DNA of 64,000 nt from Roseibacillus sp. (GTDB lineage Bacteria > Verrucomicrobiota > Verrucomicrobiia > Verrucomicrobiales > Akkermansiaceae): the NCBI GenBank assembly GCA_051251855.1, contig JBPOGI010000006.1:32001-96000 (forward strand), read 5' to 3'. The notes under the pieces are model-generated. The model saw only the letters and a list, made by a program, of their open reading frames with translations. It ran no database searches and was not told the origin of the DNA. Positions within the stretch are counted from its first letter, which is position 1. The number at the start of each line of letters is the position of its first letter. The position numbers and the translations under genes are program-made. Positions 1 through 8,659 of this stretch are shown here, piece after piece.

Positions 1-1
1 T

Positions 2-781
2 ATCTATCCCTTAATTGGCCCGACGGGGAGCAATGTTACGCGGCACTTTCCATTGAGAAAAGGGGTCGAGGGAGAAGCGACCGATCACCCTCACCATGTT
101 TCGTTTTGGATGGCGCATGGCAGTGTGAACGGTCATGACTTTTGGCATGGCAAGGGGACTCGTATTGAGCATCGCAAGGTGGTGAGTCATGAGGTAAGTC
201 CTGATGGCAGCGAAGCTCTTCTAACGGTCTCGCTGGCGTGGATAGCTGGGGAGAAGAAGGTCTTGTTAGAGGAGCGAAGTTATCGTTTCGATTTTTCCAA
301 AGACGGAGAGACGACGGTGGATACCACTTCGGTGCTGCGCGCTGTGAAAGAGGAGGTTGTCTTTGGGGATACGAAGGAAGGGACCTTCGCGATTCGTCTC
401 ACGCCGACTTTACGACTCAAGGGGGAGGTTGCTGCGGGGCAAATTTTGGATTCGGCGGGTAGGACTAATGCGGGCTGCTGGGGGAAGCGTTCCAAGTGGG
501 TGGCCTATCATGGTCCCGATGCGAAGGGGAATCAGATGGTGGTGACGCTGATGGACCATCGCGAGAACCTGCGACATCCCACGTGGTGGCACGCTCGGGA
601 CTATGGATTGTTAGCGGCTAATCCTTTCGGGCAACACGACTTTGAGGGGAAGAAGGACCAACCGAAGCTGGGCGACTTTACTTTGAAAATGGATCAGATT
701 CTGACTCAGCGCTATCGCCTTGTGCTGCAGGCAGGTGAAGTTGATGGGGAGCGCTTGGAATCAATTTGGAAAGGGTGGTAA
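2..781 (+). CDS. DUF6807 / PmoA-like family protein, 5'-truncated by the window edge
   Basis: The frame is open from base 2 (IYPLIGPTGSNVTRHFP). Motifs DHPHH.SFW.AHG.VNG.DFW, FGDTKEG, HPTWWHARDYGL.AANPFG. Confidence 0.75.
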   Translation: MYPLIGPTGSNVTRHFPLRKGVEGEATDHPHHVSFWMAHGSVNGHDFWHGKGTRIEHRKVVSHEVSPDGSEALLTVSLAWIAGEKKVLLEERSYRFDFSKDGETTVDTTSVLRAVKEEVVFGDTKEGTFAIRLTPTLRLKGEVAAGQILDSAGRTNAGCWGKRSKWVAYHGPDAKGNQMVVTLMDHRENLRHPTWWHARDYGLLAANPFGQHDFEGKKDQPKLGDFTLKMDQILTQRYRLVLQAGEVDGERLESIWKGW

Positions 782-825
782 GTCCGTTTCGGTTGATGGG
801 TCTCGAAGAGGAGGGAGTGGTTATG

Positions 826-1287
826 TTAGAAGAATTTCACTTTCAGGTAAAAACCTATCCAAAGAAGTAAGGGCGCATTCCACAGGAGATTTAAGGTCAA
901 CCATTTTCCATTGCTGAGAAATCGTTTCTCTTCGGCAATTTTTAGATTTTCACCGTTGAAGGAAAAGTCTCTCAGGTCGTCATTGAAGTAGATTCGAAAC
1001 GTTTTTCCTAAGGCTATTTTGGTCGATTTTCCACAAAGATGCTTGGAAGAAGTGCCCAGAGATTTTTCTCCATCGATGAGCCCTTTAATCTTCCACTTAG
1101 GTCTGTCTCGTTTTCCTCTCCCCTTTTGAAAGTAGCAGTCGGTGACAACAAGCTCAGCTTTCTTAAACCCCTGGGAGTTCGCCTGATGAATAGCACGCGG
1201 AACCCATTCGCCAATCCCGAGCAGAAAGCAGGCGAAGCTGATTGCGAAAGAGATGCGGCCAAAGAGAGCTGAAAAAATGAACCCCAC
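826..1287 (-). CDS. Hypothetical membrane protein (2 TM segments)
   Basis: 153-aa ORF directly after yebC on the same strand, with hydrophobic N- and C-terminal segments. Confidence 0.55.
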   Translation of the reverse strand: MGFIFSALFGRISFAISFACFLLGIGEWVPRAIHQANSQGFKKAELVVTDCYFQKGRGKRDRPKWKIKGLIDGEKSLGTSSKHLCGKSTKIALGKTFRIYFNDDLRDFSFNGENLKIAEEKRFLSNGKWLTLNLLWNAPLLLWIGFYLKVKFF

Positions 1288-1289
1288 TC

Positions 1290-1997
1290 TTAGGCAATGT
1301 TCGTGTAGACGGCTTGCACGTCTTCGTCGTCGTCGAGCTTGTCGATGAGGACTTCAGCTTCTTCGATTTGTTCGTCGGTGAACTCAATGGGAGTAGAGGG
1401 AATACGTTGGAGGCCTCCTTTGGTGGTTTCGATGCCGAGCTCTTCAATCTTTTTGGCGAGGGAGCCGAAAGCTTCGAATTCACCGTAGACAAAGACCGTG
1501 TCTTCGATCACCTCCATCTCTTCCAGACCAGCGTCGATGAGCTCGAGTTCGATTTCCTCCAGCTCGTGATCGCCTTTGGGGAATTGGAAGACGGCCTTGC
1601 GATTGAACATGAAACCGAGGGCACCCGACTCGAGGAGTTGGCCATCGTTCTTGTTGAAAATCATGCGCACGTTGGAAAAGGTGCGGGTGTTATTGTCGGT
1701 GGCACATTCGACCCAAATGAGGACGCCGTGGGGGCCCTTGCCCTCGTAGTTGACTTCTTGGAAGTCTGCTGCGTCTTTGCCTTCAGCGCGCTCGATGGCC
1801 TTCTTGACATTGTCTTTGGGCATGTTCTCCGCCTTGGCAGTGGCAATGGCCGAACGGAGCGCAGGATTGGAGTCGGGGTCAGGTCCGCCCGCTTTTGCTG
1901 CCATCGTGATGGTCCGCCCCAGCTTGGGAAAAAGTTTCGACATCTTGTCCCAACGCGCTTCCTTGGAAGCCCTCCGATATTCAAATGCTCTGCCCAT
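1290..1997 (-). CDS. yebC: YebC/PmpR family protein
   Basis: Start moved to ATG 1997 ([12 protein letters not shown]). Motifs [47 protein letters not shown]. Confidence 0.95.
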   Translation of the reverse strand: MGRAFEYRRASKEARWDKMSKLFPKLGRTITMAAKAGGPDPDSNPALRSAIATAKAENMPKDNVKKAIERAEGKDAADFQEVNYEGKGPHGVLIWVECATDNNTRTFSNVRMIFNKNDGQLLESGALGFMFNRKAVFQFPKGDHELEEIELELIDAGLEEMEVIEDTVFVYGEFEAFGSLAKKIEELGIETTKGGLQRIPSTPIEFTDEQIEEAEVLIDKLDDDEDVQAVYTNIA

Positions 1998-2046
1998 GTG
2001 CAGCGCAGTAAACACAAAGGGGGCCCCTTGCTCAACCCTAGCGATA

Positions 2047-3054
2047 CTAGCAACAGGCAAAAAAGTCGTTCCCTTCGTGATAGCCGGCTTTTTGGGCAAT
2101 AATCCGCACACGTTCGCGACCACCTCGGCCTACGCAACCGAGAAGGAGGGCTTCGCGTTCGCGCATCCCGAGTTCGTCCGGGCTCCAAACGGGAAGGCCC
2201 AAGACGGTGTTGCCGATTTTCTTGGGGGAGATGTCGAAGAACCCTTTGATGGCAACGTTTTCTGCGATGAGGAGCTTGGCCAAGCGTCTCCCGATGGGGC
2301 CGCTTCCAGCTATCACGATACCTTGCTCCTTCGCTTGTCTGAGCCGAGCCAAGTATCGGGCCTTCGTCGCGTTCATGCGCTTCTCAGAATAGTCGTCGTG
2401 GCTGCGGGTGAGTCGGGTAGAGGAGTCGCGCCATTGGAGGAGTGCTCGGGGGGCTTGGAAGAAGCGGGCGCCATTTTCCAGCATTCTCAACCAGAGATCA
2501 TAGTCTTCGGGGCCGTCCTCGATGCGATAGCCTCCCGCTTGGAGGTAGACTTCCTTGGTCATCAAAACCCCCGGTTGAATGACCGGAGATTCCACAAACC
2601 GTTCATTCTGAAAGTCTGGCGGTCGATGTAATGAGTTGGCCCAATGCACGAAGCGGTCGAGCCCATCACCCAGGGAAGTGATCGGAGTCACGCGGCAAGT
2701 CACCAAGTCGGCGTGTTCTTGCTGTAAAGTCTCGAGCTGGCAAGAGAGACGTTGCGGATGCGAGATATCATCGGCATCCATGCGGGCGATCAAGGGGGAG
2801 AGAGCGGCCTCACAGCCCAACTTGGCAGCTTCTGCTACCCCGCCTGCTGGGGAGGAGCTAAGAAGACGGATGCGGACATCTTGAGACGCGAGGGTTTGGG
2901 CAATGCTCTCGGTTCCGTCGGAACAGCCATTAAGAATCAGTAAAATTTCCTGGGGAGGGAGGGTTTGCCGAAGCATCGATTGCACGGAAGCCTGCAGGGT
3001 TTTGTCGGCATCGCGGACTGCGATCACTACTGATATTGGTGAATTTGCTATCAT
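2047..3054 (-). CDS. Glycosyltransferase family 2 with C-terminal Rossmann-like domain
   Basis: [24 protein letters not shown]-terminal IAGSGPIG. Confidence 0.9.
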   Translation of the reverse strand: MIANSPISVVIAVRDADKTLQASVQSMLRQTLPPQEILLILNGCSDGTESIAQTLASQDVRIRLLSSSPAGGVAEAAKLGCEAALSPLIARMDADDISHPQRLSCQLETLQQEHADLVTCRVTPITSLGDGLDRFVHWANSLHRPPDFQNERFVESPVIQPGVLMTKEVYLQAGGYRIEDGPEDYDLWLRMLENGARFFQAPRALLQWRDSSTRLTRSHDDYSEKRMNATKARYLARLRQAKEQGIVIAGSGPIGRRLAKLLIAENVAIKGFFDISPKKIGNTVLGLPVWSPDELGMREREALLLGCVGRGGRERVRIIAQKAGYHEGNDFFACC

Positions 3055-3236
3055 TCCCCGAGGCTCAAAGCCGTTGCGCTGCCTGTTTTGTCGCAGAGGA
3101 TTCGAAAGGGACGGCAGCAGACTTCGCAGTCATAGTCGAACTCGCAGGGGCATTCCGAGGGGGGCGGAATGACGATTTCGAAGTTTTCCCAGCAGGCAGG
3201 ACATTGGATGAAGTCGGTATTGATCTTGCTGAGCAT
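3051..3236 (-). CDS. CPXCG motif cysteine-rich small protein
   Basis: CPACW...DYDCEVCCRP; overlaps the start of the glycosyltransferase by 4 nt. Confidence 0.85.
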   Translation of the reverse strand: MLSKINTDFIQCPACWENFEIVIPPPSECPCEFDYDCEVCCRPFRILCDKTGSATALSLGE

Positions 3237-3368
3237 GAGTGGTAGTTGGCCCTTGATCGAGCCAGAATAGCTTGAAAAATGTGGCTAATGCGCTTCAGTG
3301 GTTGTCTAATAGTGCGATGCGCATCCGTTGGGACAACTTCCGGAGCAAAACAACCACGAACTGAAATT

Positions 3369-3947
3369 ATGAAAAAAATTGGATATTTGACTGCAGCAGT
3401 AGCAACTGGATTGGTTTTCTCTTCTTGTAAGGAAGCCGCAGAAGTCGTTGAAGGAGCAGGAGATGCTGCCGAAAAAGCCGCTGATGCGACCGCAGGTGCG
3501 ATTGAGAAAACAGGCGAAAAGGCTGCAGAAGCAGGTGACGCCGTGAAGGGTGCTGGAGCGAAAGTTGCTGAAGGAGCCGGGAAAGCTGCTGAGAGCGTGA
3601 AAGATGCTACCGGAAACGTCGTCGAAGGAGCTGCTGAAGCAACTGGAAACGCAGTTGAGGGAGCAGGAAACGTTGTCGAAGGAGCTGCCGAAGCTACAGG
3701 AAATGCTGTTGAAGGAGCTGCTGAGGCTACCGGAAACGCTGTTGGTGGCATGAAAGACGCCGCAGCTGAAGCAGTTGAAAACACGAAAGAAGCAGCCGCT
3801 GGAGCCGCTGACGGTGTTAAAGAAGCTGCTGGAGACGCCGTTGAAAACGTAAAAGAAGCCGCTGGCGACGCTGTTGAAGGCACTGCTGATAAGGCTGCTG
3901 AAGCCCTCAAAAAGGCTGGCGAAGGTGTCGACAAAGTCGGCGAGTAA
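3369..3947 (+). CDS. Ala/Gly/Glu-rich repetitive lipoprotein (LEA/hydrophilin-like)
   Basis: MKKIGYL...LVFSSC lipobox; 11-residue repeats of the type VEGAAEATGNA; followed by a terminator. Confidence 0.8.
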   Translation: MKKIGYLTAAVATGLVFSSCKEAAEVVEGAGDAAEKAADATAGAIEKTGEKAAEAGDAVKGAGAKVAEGAGKAAESVKDATGNVVEGAAEATGNAVEGAGNVVEGAAEATGNAVEGAAEATGNAVGGMKDAAAEAVENTKEAAAGAADGVKEAAGDAVENVKEAAGDAVEGTADKAAEALKKAGEGVDKVGE

Positions 3948-3971
3948 TCGCTTATTTTACTTAGAATTTTG

Positions 3972-4009
3972 AAAGCCTCTCTTCTAGCGAAGGGAGGCTT
4001 TTTCTTTTT
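3972..4009 (+). terminator. Rho-independent terminator
   Basis: AAAGCCTCTCTTC-TAGC-GAAGGGAGGCTTT followed by a T-rich run. Confidence 0.85.
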
Positions 4010-4086
4010 GTTCAAATTATGACAAAAGGTTCTTGTTCCAAGGATGAAAAATGGGTAATCTCACGGCGTTCACTTCTTACCCTTTT

Positions 4087-4581
4087 ATGAAGCTTAAAAC
4101 TTTTTCTCTAGCTGCTCTTTTTGCCGGAATCAATTCGGTTAGCGCTTTTTCCTTGGATTTTACAGGCCTAGACCTGGATGGCAGCACAACCTTGAGCGGT
4201 GCGGATGGCGATCAGCTCGTGATTACCGTTCCCGCTTTTGGCGACGTGGCTTTTGGAGTCGCTCAGAAAGACGCTGTTGCGGTTGTTGACGACAACAACG
4301 GTGTGGCCGCGATTGAGTTCGATTCTACCAAGACAATCACGATCGATTTCTTCTCTGGCAGTGATGTCGAGAATGTCGTGGTTGGATTCGTTGGTGTCGA
4401 TGCAGGAGAAACTCCTTCCTACACTGAAGTAGACAGCCGCTCTGGGCTTGTGACTATCCCAGTTGGCGCTGCTGGTATCCAGACCGTCACTTTCGACCGT
4501 ATTGGACCAAAGGTTCCCGAGCCTTCGACTGCTATCTTGGGCTGCTTGGGAGCGATTGCGCTTCTTCGCCGCCGCCGATAG
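4087..4581 (+). CDS. PEP-CTERM sorting-domain protein
   Basis: Signal peptide MKLKTFSLAALFAG...SA; C-terminus VPEPSTAILGCLGAIALLRRRR. Confidence 0.92.
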   Translation: MKLKTFSLAALFAGINSVSAFSLDFTGLDLDGSTTLSGADGDQLVITVPAFGDVAFGVAQKDAVAVVDDNNGVAAIEFDSTKTITIDFFSGSDVENVVVGFVGVDAGETPSYTEVDSRSGLVTIPVGAAGIQTVTFDRIGPKVPEPSTAILGCLGAIALLRRRR

Positions 4582-4615
4582 AAGGTTCTTCCTTCTATAC
4601 ACTTAATTTTTCTTG

Positions 4616-4643
4616 AGAGCTCTCCATCGTGGCGAGCTTTTTT
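4616..4643 (+). terminator. Probable Rho-independent terminator
   Basis: AGAGCTCTCCA-TCG-TGGCGAGCTTT plus a T-run, after the PEP-CTERM gene. Confidence 0.55.
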
Positions 4644-4789
4644 GTGTCTGAATGGGAACTGTTCACCGTTCGCCAAGAAATTTCCTCGTTATTTGAGCGC
4701 GCCTATTTGAGCCGCCCCGCCAGCGAAGATACTCCTACCTTGGAGGGTATAGGAAATGCCTTGATTGATTTGGACCTCTCAAGCCCAAT

Positions 4790-5254
4790 TCATCCTAGAC
4801 CATGAGGAGCGATTTTGTGGATTTGATTGAGTCCGTTCTTTACGAAATCTTCCCAGTAGGTCTTTTGAAGGGGAGCTATAAGCTCGATTTTCTTCTCTTC
4901 TGCTAAACTCAAATAGGAATTCTCCCCAAGTTTACGAACGACATCTCTCTCGGCGAGGCGATAGGAAAGTTCGTCCCAAAAGACCTCGTTTCGCATCTCG
5001 TCAATGCAGTCTTGAACGTAGGACTCGGCCTGGTAGCCAGCGGTTACGCGGTGCTTGCCCGTTTCGGCATCAATTTCGATAATATCGCCGTAGCCTTGCG
5101 CTTTCGCTCGCTCAAGAATCTTGTCTTCCAGATTGGCAAAGGAGGCCTGCTGGTCTTCGGAGCCGGGTTTCTGATTAATGGACGCGACTTCGCCGGCTAG
5201 GCTGACCATGTCGATCAGGGTGGCGAAATCGTCTTCGGTAAGGCGCAGATGCAT
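4790..5254 (-). CDS. Hypothetical protein
   Basis: 154-aa ATG ORF with natural composition (FWDELSYRLAERD) filling the gap. Confidence 0.75.
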   Translation of the reverse strand: MHLRLTEDDFATLIDMVSLAGEVASINQKPGSEDQQASFANLEDKILERAKAQGYGDIIEIDAETGKHRVTAGYQAESYVQDCIDEMRNEVFWDELSYRLAERDVVRKLGENSYLSLAEEKKIELIAPLQKTYWEDFVKNGLNQIHKIAPHGLG

Positions 5255-5320
5255 CTAGGAAAAATATGGGTGAGGAATTCTAAAATATGAATTACGAATT
5301 CTTTGTTTTATAAGTCGGTC

Positions 5321-5665
5321 GTGAAACTACTCAGCTGTCTTTTGGTCTTCTTTGTTTTTGTCTCTTGTGCCAGTGAAGAGAAATATGCCGATCAGCCCAT
5401 CGCCCCATGGACTTATCCCATCTCGAACTACCGCGTTATCAAGACGCTAGCGAGTCGGGTAGGGGATCAGAAGTTGGCTCGCTTAGTGGGTTGGGACGAG
5501 GGATATTATTATTTCGATTGGTCACACGCTGGCGAGGTGATCAGTCGAGGAACGGGTCGAGTCGATAGAGAGCAATTTGATATGGAAAACCAAGGGGCAT
5601 TGACGCTCACAAAAGGACAAATAACAGAGCGCGGAGGAAAGGTGCGCACTCTTATTCTTGAGTAA
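5321..5665 (+). CDS. Hypothetical lipoprotein
   Basis: GTG start; KLLSCLLVFFVFVSC lipoprotein signal. Confidence 0.65.
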   Translation: MKLLSCLLVFFVFVSCASEEKYADQPIAPWTYPISNYRVIKTLASRVGDQKLARLVGWDEGYYYFDWSHAGEVISRGTGRVDREQFDMENQGALTLTKGQITERGGKVRTLILE

Positions 5666-5764
5666 AAGTCACTAATACCCCGATCTGTAAAAAACCCTCT
5701 TGCGCGTTTGGTCTGCCTCCGCTTTGGTGATGGCGAATTGGAATAAAGAAACTATTTTATCATC

Positions 5765-6895
5765 ATGTCAGATTACGCGAGAGGACTAGAGGGAGTAGTA
5801 GCGAATGAATCCGCGCTATCGAATGTGGAAGGTAAAGATGGGCGCTTGTCCTACTTGGGTTATTCAATTGATGAATTAGTAGAGCACACCTCTTTTGAGG
5901 AAGTGACGCACCTTCTCCATCGTGGCAAGTTGCCAAATGCCGCTGAGTTGGCTGAGTTAGAGCAGCAACTCCGCAATGATCGTGAGCTGCCACAAGGCGT
6001 CATCGATTTCTTGAAGTCCGCGCCCAAGGACGCGAATCCAATGGATGTTCTCAGAACGGCTGTCTCAATGCTTGGTCTCTATGATAAGCGGGCCAAAGTC
6101 GGTGAGCCGGATCACGCCGCTAATCGTGCCGTTGCGCTTTCGCTTGTCGCCAAGACTCCAACTATCGTTGCCTACTTCCATCGTGCGCGCCAAGGTCTCG
6201 ATTTGCCGCCCGTGCGTAATGACCTTTCGGAGTCAGCCCACTTTCTCTACCTTATTAATGGCGAAGAGCCTGGAGCCGCAGCCGTGAAGACTTTGGATGT
6301 GGCTTACATCCTCCATGCCGACCATGGCATGAACGCGTCGACCTTCTCTGCTCGAGTCACCATTGCAACCCTCTCTGATTTCTATTCAGCGATGACTTCT
6401 GCAATCGGCACTTTGAAGGGCCCCTTGCATGGTGGCGCTAATGAGGGAGTGATCAAGATGTTGCAGGAGATTGGCTCTTTGGAGAATGTTGATGCCTTCG
6501 TCGAAGACTGTTTGGCGAATAAGAAGAAGATCATGGGAATTGGTCACCGAGTTTACAAGGTTCTCGATCCTCGGGCGCCTCATCTTCAGAAGATGGCGGT
6601 TCAATTGACTAAAGAGCTTGGTGAGTCGAAGTGGATCGACATGTCCGAGCGTATTGCGGAGATGATGCGTGAGCGCAAGGGCCTGAACGCTAACGTGGAT
6701 TTCTATTCGGCAACGGTTTATTACAGCCTCGGAATTCCTACTGATCTTTTCACTCCTATTTTCGCGATTTCACGTATGGCGGGATGGTCGGCTCAGGTTC
6801 TTGAGCAGCTGCAAGATAGTCGCCTCTATCGGCCATTGACCAAATATGTGGGACCAAGCACCTTAGTTCCTGTTCCTCCTATCGAAGAGCGGTAG
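5765..6895 (+). CDS. Citrate synthase / 2-methylcitrate synthase family (short dimeric type)
   Basis: GLEGV, DHGMNASTF, GPLHGGANE, MGIGHRVYK, DPRA, NVDFYS. Confidence 0.95.
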   Translation: MSDYARGLEGVVANESALSNVEGKDGRLSYLGYSIDELVEHTSFEEVTHLLHRGKLPNAAELAELEQQLRNDRELPQGVIDFLKSAPKDANPMDVLRTAVSMLGLYDKRAKVGEPDHAANRAVALSLVAKTPTIVAYFHRARQGLDLPPVRNDLSESAHFLYLINGEEPGAAAVKTLDVAYILHADHGMNASTFSARVTIATLSDFYSAMTSAIGTLKGPLHGGANEGVIKMLQEIGSLENVDAFVEDCLANKKKIMGIGHRVYKVLDPRAPHLQKMAVQLTKELGESKWIDMSERIAEMMRERKGLNANVDFYSATVYYSLGIPTDLFTPIFAISRMAGWSAQVLEQLQDSRLYRPLTKYVGPSTLVPVPPIEER

Positions 6896-6964
6896 AAAAG
6901 ATTCCTCTCATTATGAAACGCTCGGGTCTTGCACGATCGAGCGTGCGGCCGTATTTCCATTGCG

Positions 6965-7105
6965 ATGAAATTCTCAAAATTGATTGCACTCGCTCTTGGC
7001 GTTCTCTTCGCAGGAGCCTTGACCTCCTGCAACACCTTCCTCGGTGTTGGGCGTGACCTCCAGCAGGCCGGCGAAGGAATTGAGAAAACCGTTTATCGAC
7101 GATAA
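6965..7105 (+). CDS. Entericidin A/B family small lipoprotein (46 aa; absent from the ORF track)
   Basis: Hand translation: MKFSKLIALALGVLFAGALTSCNTFLGVGRDLQQAGEGIEKTVYRR*. It has an LTSC lipobox and the CNT..G.G.D....G..I signature. Confidence 0.88.
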   Translation: MKFSKLIALALGVLFAGALTSCNTFLGVGRDLQQAGEGIEKTVYRR

Positions 7106-7177
7106 AGTCGAGTTAACGGAAAACTGTTAGTGAACCGTTTGCCAAAGGGTTCTTGAGGAAAAGGACGTTTTTTTCGG

Positions 7178-7855
7178 CTATTGTCGAATGGGAATGGTCT
7201 TTGTCATTACCCCCTTACCCGTGGATTTGGGGAACATTAGCAAGAGACGGCGCCCTTTTTGAGGGACGGGCCAACGGGTGGCGATCATACGGCGCCATTC
7301 GTCTGTTGATTCTCGTTGGTATTGAAAGCCGACGTCGATCATTTCTCCGGCAGCGTCTTTGAAGACAAAACTTAGAATTTGGCTTGGTTTGAGTGAAACT
7401 TCCTTGCTGCCTATCCGCCCTTTTACAGAGAGAGGGGTGAGGTTCGCCAGGGCCATTGCTCCATCCGGTAGGTCTTTAAGGAGGAGAGAAAAGGCCTCTC
7501 CTTTAAACTTTCTCTGGTCGTCGTCTTCGAGGGTGGACAGGACGACATAAGCTTCTTTCCAACTGGGGTCGCATTTGATCTCCCCTATTGAGGAGTGAGA
7601 GAGCACGCCATTTTCATTCTTCTCAGCGGGACCAAAGATTTGGATGACCCCGTCAGTATTGAGCACGCTCACTGGGTGGGCTGCGGTGGTAGCGCTGAGC
7701 TCGACCTTCACGAAATTCGTGGAAGTATTCTGGAGGTAAATGGGAGAGAGGCTTGCCGTGGTTTGCAAGGCTAAGAGGTGAACATTCTGCTTGGAGCTCT
7801 TGGCTGATAGAGATGAGAGCGAAAAGGTAAAAAGGAGCAGAATCAGATGAGGCAT
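7178..7855 (-). CDS. Secreted hypothetical protein (paralog of 7937..8641)
   Basis: Signal peptide; C-terminal WRRMIATRWPVP..GRRLL..FP...GKG...KTIPIR shared with its neighbour. Confidence 0.8.
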   Translation of the reverse strand: MPHLILLLFTFSLSSLSAKSSKQNVHLLALQTTASLSPIYLQNTSTNFVKVELSATTAAHPVSVLNTDGVIQIFGPAEKNENGVLSHSSIGEIKCDPSWKEAYVVLSTLEDDDQRKFKGEAFSLLLKDLPDGAMALANLTPLSVKGRIGSKEVSLKPSQILSFVFKDAAGEMIDVGFQYQRESTDEWRRMIATRWPVPQKGRRLLLMFPKSTGKGVMTKTIPIRQ

Positions 7856-7936
7856 GATGAAGGGTAAGAAGTTTCCGAGGGCTCATCTTAATCTGCTAGA
7901 ACCGAGGAGAGCTCCCTCTCGGTTAAATATCTGTTC

Positions 7937-8641
7937 TTAGTCAGCCTTAACCACGCGGTCTTTTCGGATGGGGATCGTCTTGGAGCGCATTCCTTTGCCG
8001 CTAGGGTCTGGAAAAATAAAGAGAAGGCGTCGCCCGTCAGCAGGAACAGGCCAGCGGGTGGAAATCATGCGGGACCACTTGTCATCCTTCTGGGTCTTGT
8101 ATTGGAAAATGACATCGATGAGTTCTCCGACAGGGTCATTGAACTTGAGAGTGGAGATTTCACCGGGCCGGAAGGCGGCTTGCTGGGAACCAAGCTTACC
8201 TCTCACAAGGGCGGGCGAGAGGTTGGCGATTTTTAGGCTGCCTTCGGGAAAGTCCTTGTTGGTCATGGGGAAGGCGTGACCTGAGAAGGCGATTTTGCCA
8301 TCGCGTTTGACCGAAGAAAGAATCGCGAAGGCGCGTGGTGAGTTGGGACTGCACTTGATCCGGCATAGACGAGGGTAGATATCTTCCCCCTCCGCATTCT
8401 TAGTGGGTGCGCCAAAGATACCAAAGCCACCCTGCACGTTGACGACGGGCACGGATTCGGTGGTATTTGAGCCAGGGAGTTGCAGCTCGGTAAATTTCCC
8501 GGGACCCGAACGCAGATAGATGATGGTGGGATACTCGACTGTTTGATAGCCGTAGAAGCTCACTCGTTGGATTTTACCTTCTTGTGCAGAAGCGATAGCC
8601 GAGCAGGCGAATATCAAGAGGGTCGTTAGTAAGATTCTCAT
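7937..8641 (-). CDS. Secreted hypothetical protein (paralog of 7178..7855)
   Basis: Start ATG 8641 (MRILLTTLLIFACSAIASA signal peptide); WSRMISTRWPVP..GRRLL..FP...GKG...KTIPIR. Confidence 0.8.
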   Translation of the reverse strand: MRILLTTLLIFACSAIASAQEGKIQRVSFYGYQTVEYPTIIYLRSGPGKFTELQLPGSNTTESVPVVNVQGGFGIFGAPTKNAEGEDIYPRLCRIKCSPNSPRAFAILSSVKRDGKIAFSGHAFPMTNKDFPEGSLKIANLSPALVRGKLGSQQAAFRPGEISTLKFNDPVGELIDVIFQYKTQKDDKWSRMISTRWPVPADGRRLLFIFPDPSGKGMRSKTIPIRKDRVVKAD

Positions 8642-8659
8642 GGAGTGATAGGAAAGCAA

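Noticed and set aside
2..781. Methane monooxygenase function implied by the PmoA-like family label
   Set aside because: The protein is soluble with no TM helices and has no pmoB or pmoC neighbours in view. The label does not indicate methane oxidation.
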